A stretch of 46,798 nt of DNA, taken from contig NIVC01004413.1 in the NCBI GenBank assembly GCA_002269645.1, forward strand, positions 1-46,798. The letters are read 5' to 3'. A model generated the notes under the pieces. It had not been told where the DNA came from. It saw nothing but the letters and a program-made list of their open reading frames with translations, and did no database searches. The stretch comes from Macrostomum lignano. Lineage: Eukaryota. The first letter of the stretch is position 1. Every line of letters begins with the position of its first letter. Positions 41,021 to 46,798 of the stretch are shown one piece after another. Position numbers and translations under genes: made by a program.

Positions 41021-41272
41021 AGTACCCAGAGTAAGTTGAGTAATTAAGTTGGGCTAGCCAAAAATCGCAAAAAAACGCATGCAAGCTGGCGAGGAGAGAT
41101 AGGCTGAGGCGGGCACAACGCACGGGGCTAAAAAGGCCCCACAGACACCCAGCCCCGCCCCGGGGGCGGCGCACCCACCCCCGGGCCAAGCACCCCCAAA
41201 CACGGGCGACGACAAGCCCCCCGGCCCCGCTAACAGCGATTGGCCAGCCAATCTACACTTATTTCTTTAACA

Positions 41273-41284
41273 TGGCGCCCGAAC
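41273..41284 (+). promoter_or_regulatory. Primer-binding site (tRNA-Lys-like) directly after an LTR-type ...AACA end
   Basis: TTTAACA|TGGCGCCCGAAC: 12 nt identical to the known tRNA-Lys3 PBS TGGCGCCCGAACAGGGAC, 82 nt upstream of the gag ATG. Confidence 0.75.
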
Positions 41285-41354
41285 CAAAATCACAGTAAAA
41301 TCAAGCAGTGAGCGCAAGAGTGCTACAGTGACTCAGCGATTTATCAACAACAGC

Positions 41355-44300
41355 ATGGACTCCAGGAAAAGAGGCGTGTTACGAGCGACGGTCACCAGAC
41401 TGGCACAGAAAGCCGAAGACCTGCTCAAAACAGATGCTGCTGAAGATGAAATCGACAGCGTTCTAGAGGCTCTACGGTTCAAGAAGCAGCAGCTCCAAGC
41501 AGCAGATGAAGAGCTCGCCGCGGAGGTTGACGAGAAGGACGTGCAGGCTGAAGCAGAGACGACAATGGAGTACGACCTGCTGGCTGGCAAATTGATCTCA
41601 AACCTCACCAGACGGCTCCAGGAGCTTCAGACCGCGCGGACCGGCACGCCGCAGGCAACAAACATGCTGCAGCCATACAGACGACGACTTCGTCCAAGTC
41701 TTCGGAAGAGAATTCTTCAACGACAAGGACTCAGACTGCCATCAGGTTGCCAAAACTGCCGCCACCGTCATTCAGTGGCGATCGGACCCAATGGACGGAA
41801 TTCTGGGACCGCTTCAACTCCAGTATCCATGACAACCCGAGCCTGAGTGTCGTCGACAAATTCAGCTACCTGCAGTCGTGTCTGTCTGGGAAAGCCCGAA
41901 ACTCGATCGCTGGTCTCAACATCACGAAGGACAACTACCATATCGCCATCGACAACCTGCAACGACGATTTGGATCCCGCAACGGAGCCGTGCGCGAGCA
42001 CCTGGCAAAGTTCTCGGTGCTGACCTGCTCCAGTTCGTCGGCACAGCACCTGAGGAATTTCTACGACCAAGTCAATGGAAATGTCCGCAGTCTGACGAAT
42101 CTCGGGGTGAGTGTCGAATCTTACGAATCCATGTTGCTGCCCAACTTGCTGGCGAAGCTGCCGGAAGTCGTTCGTCTCGGGATGCTGAGAACTGCTCGGA
42201 TTGCTTCCGTCGGTTATTCCTTTGGTAGCAGCTTGTCGCAGATGAGGGATGGCAATGGCTTAGATTCTGTGACGGAGTTTCTGCAGGTCTTGGAAATGGA
42301 GATTTTAGTCCGGGAGGAGGCGGCCCTTGGAGCTGCAGGGCAGACGTCCGGTTCCAATGGAGCGTCCAAGACTGCTGGTGAGAAACAGACAAGGGATGGC
42401 GGCACAGTGGCTGCGCTTCACACGAAGGTCAAAAAGGTCAGCACGGCTTGTCCCTTCTGCGAAACTGAACATGCTCCAGAGAAGTGCACTCGCCTGGTAG
42501 ACGTTGCGGCACGACTCCAGTTTTTGAAGGAGCAGAGGCGTTGCTTCAGCTGTCTCTGCAAGGGACACAGCGTCAAGACCTGCTACCACAAGAAGCAATG
42601 TGAATTCTGCCAGATGAAGCATCACCCAAGTCTCTGTAGCGCACGCATGGAGAAGCTGCAGGGTAAGGGTGGACCGAAGGCACCCGGCTCCACACTTGGA
42701 AAGGTGGGAGAAGACCGGAAGAAGTCCGAGCAGGCTGCTGCACAGAATGTGAAGAGTCAAGAAGTGAAGACCATGGCTATGGTGACAAAAGCTCAAACAG
42801 TGATCCTTCCAACAGCGGGAGCTGTACTGATTTCGACTGTTAACAATCAGGAGACTCCGGTGCGAATTCTCTTTGACTCTGCAAGCAACCGTTCGTTCAT
42901 CTTGACCAGCTTGGCTGAGAAGATGGGGCTCCAGGTCATGGGCAGAGAGACGATGGAGGTGACAACATTCGGTGGCACAGAGGCCAAGGTGCTGCAGACT
43001 GCGATGGTCGAGTTCAAGCTTCGGAAATCTGACAGCACCGCCCAGTTCACAGTGCGCGCCAACACAGTGCCTTACATCTGCTCTCATCAGCCAGTTGTCA
43101 GCAGCTTGTGCATGAAGCACTTTCAACACCTCGACATGGCAGACTGGGACATCGGTGGTGAACAGAATCCCGAGATCAGTATCCTCATCGGAGCTGACCA
43201 ATTCTACGACCTCATCACAGGTCAAGTGATTCGCTCAGAGGTCGGCTCCGGTCCAGTTGCCGTATCCAGTCAGCTCGGTTGGTTGCTGTGCGGGTCACTG
43301 TCAGATGGGATCGCCGCAAGTGAGCTAGAGACCAGGTCAGAGCAGGTTCTTCTCTGCTGTGCTCAAGGAGCGGAGAAAGGTCTGGACAGCAGCACCATCG
43401 AGGCGTTCTGGACTTTAGAAGGTCTCGGCATCAGAAGTGCAGCCGAGCCTGATCAGCGTCCACTGACTCTGAATGCCCAGTTCCAAGAGGGTCGCTACTC
43501 AGTTCAGCTGCCGTGGAAGATTCCCAAAAAGGAATTAAGATTGCCCGACAACTTCGAGGTAGCGTTCAAGAGACTAAAGAACAATCTGACGAGGCTGCGT
43601 CGTGAGCCTGCGCTTCTTCAGGAGTACCACCGCATTCTGACCAGTCAGAAGGAAGCTGGCGTAGTCGAAGAAGCTCCAGATGGGACCAGCGATCTCATCC
43701 ACTACCTACCCCACCGAGCCGTAATCCGTCCTGAAGCTGAATCGACCAAAGTTCGAGTGGTTTTCGACGCGAGTGCCAAGCGAGATCAGTGCAGTCCATC
43801 GCTGAATGACTGTCTGGAAACAGGAACCTGTTCGTTGGCCGAGATTCCGCGACTGCTTCAGGCCTTTCAACTTCATCCGATCGCCTTGACTGCCGATATT
43901 GAGAAGGCTTTTTTGCAGATCCGAATTGCAGAAGACGATCGCGATGCTCTACGATTCCTCTGGCCACGGGATCCCAGTCAAGCTGATTCACCTCTCGTTG
44001 TTCTGCGCTACGCTGCTCTGGTGTTCGGACTCACCTGCTCACCTGCCGTCCTGGAGACTGTCATTCAACACCACTTGGCATCTCACCGAGGCCAGCATGC
44101 AGAGTTCGTGGATAAGGTGTCCAAAGAAATCTATGTGGACAACCTGATCTCTGGGTGCGTGGATGAACAGCAGGCCCTGGATCTCATCCAAAAATCCCGG
44201 CACATATTCCAACAGGCTGGAATGAATCTGCGACACTGGCAGTCCAACAGCAAGAATGTATTGAAAGCGGTTCGCGCCAGCACACTAGACAGTGATGTTC

Positions 44301-46792
44301 TTGCTCCGGCGTTGTCGGCGGTGACAAAGGACATCACGGAGGACCCCTCCAGCTATTCAGCCGCCTCCTTGGGCGAAGATGGCGTATCGTCAAAAGTCCT
44401 CGGGCTGCGATGGGAGACAGGATCGGACGTGTTCGTGCTGCAGTTTTCTCCGCCAGAAGATTTGCTCAAGGCGTCGCCCTCCAAGCGTGTCGTGCTACAG
44501 CTGCTGGCCCGTGTCTACGATCCTCTGGGCTTCCTGGTTCCGCTGCTTACGTTGCCGAAATCGATGTTCCAGAAGCTGTGCGTTGAAAAGATTGCTTGGT
44601 CTTTTCGCTCGCTAAAGGAGCCGATTAAGCAGCAGTGGCTGAAGTGGTTGCAGGAGATGCTGGCAGGTCGATTTCAAGTTCCAAGGTTGGTGCTTTCGGC
44701 GACGAAGGAGGTCGAGGAGATACAGCTGCATGGGTTCTGTGATGCGTCAATCAAATGCTATGCGGCGTGTCTTTACCTGCGAGTGCAGTACACCGATGGT
44801 TCCGTCAGCTGCAACCTGGTGGCCGCCAAGGCGAGAGTGGCTCCACTGTCGGTTTTTTCAATTCCTCGGCTCGAACTCCTGGGTGCCTTGATACTCGCCA
44901 GACTGTTGACATCATCCATGAGTCAGTATCCTCATGTTCGCCAGGTGTTTTGCTGGACAGACAGTGCCGACACGCTCTACTGGATCCGGCAGCACAGACC
45001 CTGGAAGCTCTTTGTTCATAATCGGGTGACGGAGATCCGCCGCCTGGTGCCAGAGGATGCCTGGAGACATGTCCCAGGCGAGGAGAATCCGGCGGACGTT
45101 GCATCTCGAGGAACATCAGCGAGCAAGTTGCAGGCAGACAACAGCTGGTGGCACGGTCCAGACTGGCTGGCACGACCTCCTGACGATTGGCCCGACCAAT
45201 CCTTTCTCAGCTTACTGACAGCGGCAGTTGCCGAGGAGCAGAAGACACAGGCAAACCGTCCAGTTGTTCTGCTAACTGAAGCGGTCCTGACATCAGTCTA
45301 CAGGACATCAGTCAATGACACGAACTTCTCATCCTGGATCAAGCTGATTCGGGTGACAGCCTATGTCCTACGCTTCGTCAGAAACCTGCAAGCTAGAACT
45401 TCTGCAGCGGGGGAGGAGCGAGTGGGACCACTGGCTGCAGCAGAAGTCCTTGAAGCTGAAGAGCGCTGGCTGCGAGAAGTGCAGAGACGGAGTTTTCAAG
45501 CCGAAATTGCTCACCTTCAGGAGTCAGCGGCCAGTACAGATCTCAGCAGGCAGTTGAATCTTTTTCTCGACAACAAGAGTATTCTCCGAAGCCAAGGTCG
45601 ATTGAAGGAGTCCAACGCCTCTGCCGAGGTTGACTGTCCGATTCTGATCCCGAACAAGTCACACCTGGCCGAGCTTCTTCTCATCTGGGACGCTCACGCC
45701 AAGGTTCTGCACGGGGGAGTGCCCAGCACTCTTTGTAAGCTGCGAGAGAGATTCTGGCTAATCAGAGGAAGACAGCGAGTCAAGTCGATCCTGAGAAGGT
45801 GCTTTGTCTGCAGACGTCTTCAAGGACTACCATATGCAGTGAAGCAAATCCCAGCCTTACCTGAAGCACGCGTGAAGTCTGGGAGAGCCTTTGAGTGGTG
45901 CGGACTCGACTACTGCGGACCTGTCAAACTGATGGAGGACACAGAGATCGAGAAAGGCTATATCCTGGTTTTCACCTGTGCGGCCACGCGAGCCCTTCAC
46001 CTGGAACTGGTGAGCGACTTGACGACCGAGACCTTCCTGCGAGCCCTCCGACGGTTCTGTGCTCGGAGAGGAATTCCCAATCTCATCAGTGACAACGCCA
46101 AGACATTCACCAAGGCTGCCAAAATACTTCAGGCGACAAGTTCAAGACTTCTGCGCCACCAGGAAAATCACCTGGCAATTCATCGTCGAACGCGCACCGT
46201 GACAAGGAGGCTTCTGGGAGCGACTGATGAGGGACATCAAGCTGGCTTTGCGCAAGACCATCCTCAACGCAACCCTGACGCTGGACGAACTGCGGACAGT
46301 GCTAATGGAGGTGGAAGCGGTGCTCAACAGTCGGCCTCTACTCTACGTGGATGCCGAAACCAACGGAGAAGTCCTGACGCCGGCGCACTTTCTGGTCCTG
46401 CAACGGCTAACGGCGGAGCCAACTTCTAGCGGTACGCCCGAGCTCCTGCTGCCGTTGCCAACACTGCTGAGGCGAATGCGCGCCAGACTGCAAGCCTTCT
46501 GGGACTGCTGGGAGCGACAGTATCTGACCAGCCTGCGAGAACATAATCTAAGTCCCAAGCATGGCGTAACTCGAGAAGCTACGGCCGGCGACATCGTCCT
46601 GGTGAAAGGTGAAGCCGGGCAGCCGAGGCTTACCTGGTGTACCGGTCTCATCGAGTCGGTGCATCCTGGCCGAGACGGGCGGTGAGATCTGCAACGGTTC
46701 GAGTCGCGCCCAGACCTGGCCGCGGTCCCAGGAGATGCTTGATTCGCCGACCGGTGGAGAACCTGATTTTGCTGGAAGCTGTGACTGAATGA
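41355..46792 (+). mobile_element. BEL/Pao LTR retrotransposon gag-pol, decayed (3 frameshifts, 1 nonsense codon); 3' LTR lies outside the window
   Basis: LPKL..PSFSGD..W.EFWD (DUF1759-type gag), three Cys/His knuckles, protease ILFDSASNRSFI, RT YLPH..TKVRVVFDAS / ADIEKAFLQI / YVDN, RNase H LHGFCDAS..HVPGEENPADVASRG, integrase H..H..C..C, GLDYCGP, SDNAKTF, and a DUF5641-type tail FWDCW..QYL..LRE. Frameshifts near 41650, 46138 and 46680; TGA at 46200 replaces W in RAPWQGGFWER. Confidence 0.93.
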
Positions 46793-46798
46793 ACTTAA

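Larger units (their letters stand above)
37190..41250 (-). mobile_element. Tyrosine-recombinase retrotransposon (DIRS order, Ngaro-like): gag, RT/RNase H, YR
   Basis: Three overlapping minus-strand ORFs in gag, RT-RH, YR order; no methyltransferase domain seen after RH. Termini are approximate. Confidence 0.9.

Noticed and set aside
41620-41750. Programmed ribosomal frameshift in the BEL gag
   Set aside because: BEL/Pao gag-pol is normally one ORF, the shift is inside gag, no slippery heptamer is evident, and the element has other lesions.
42868-42895. BEL protease DSA instead of DSG as a novel catalytic variant
   Set aside because: A single substitution in a decayed copy; cannot be told apart from mutation without other copies.

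Overview
Animal genomic DNA with GT-AG introns and many repeats. The style resembles a free-living flatworm such as Macrostomum, but that is inference only. Left to right: (1) a 15-exon cyclic-nucleotide-gated channel beta-subunit gene (CNGB/TAX-2-like, 483-9109); (2) a 3-exon poly-ankyrin gene with a 5.1-kb first coding exon and an ~80-copy 31-bp satellite in intron 2 (10069-18365); (3) a second tandem CNGB/TAX-2-like paralog (21565-30232); (4) three intronless, secreted rapunzel/SE-cephalotoxin-like genes in alternating orientation (30974-36314); (5) an apparently intact tyrosine-recombinase retrotransposon (DIRS order, Ngaro-like, minus strand, ~37190-41250) that seems to sit inside the 5' LTR of (6) a decayed BEL/Pao LTR retrotransposon running off the window end. 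There are tRNA-headed SINEs and about ten different intronic mini/microsatellites. The strongest candidates for new biology are the toxin-like gene trio, whose middle copy is a mosaic of its two inverted neighbours, and the CNG pair, whose ligand-binding exon is homogenised while the pore and cGMP-selectivity residues differ. Several single-base frameshifts look like long-read consensus errors. All exon boundaries and mismatch counts were read by eye.
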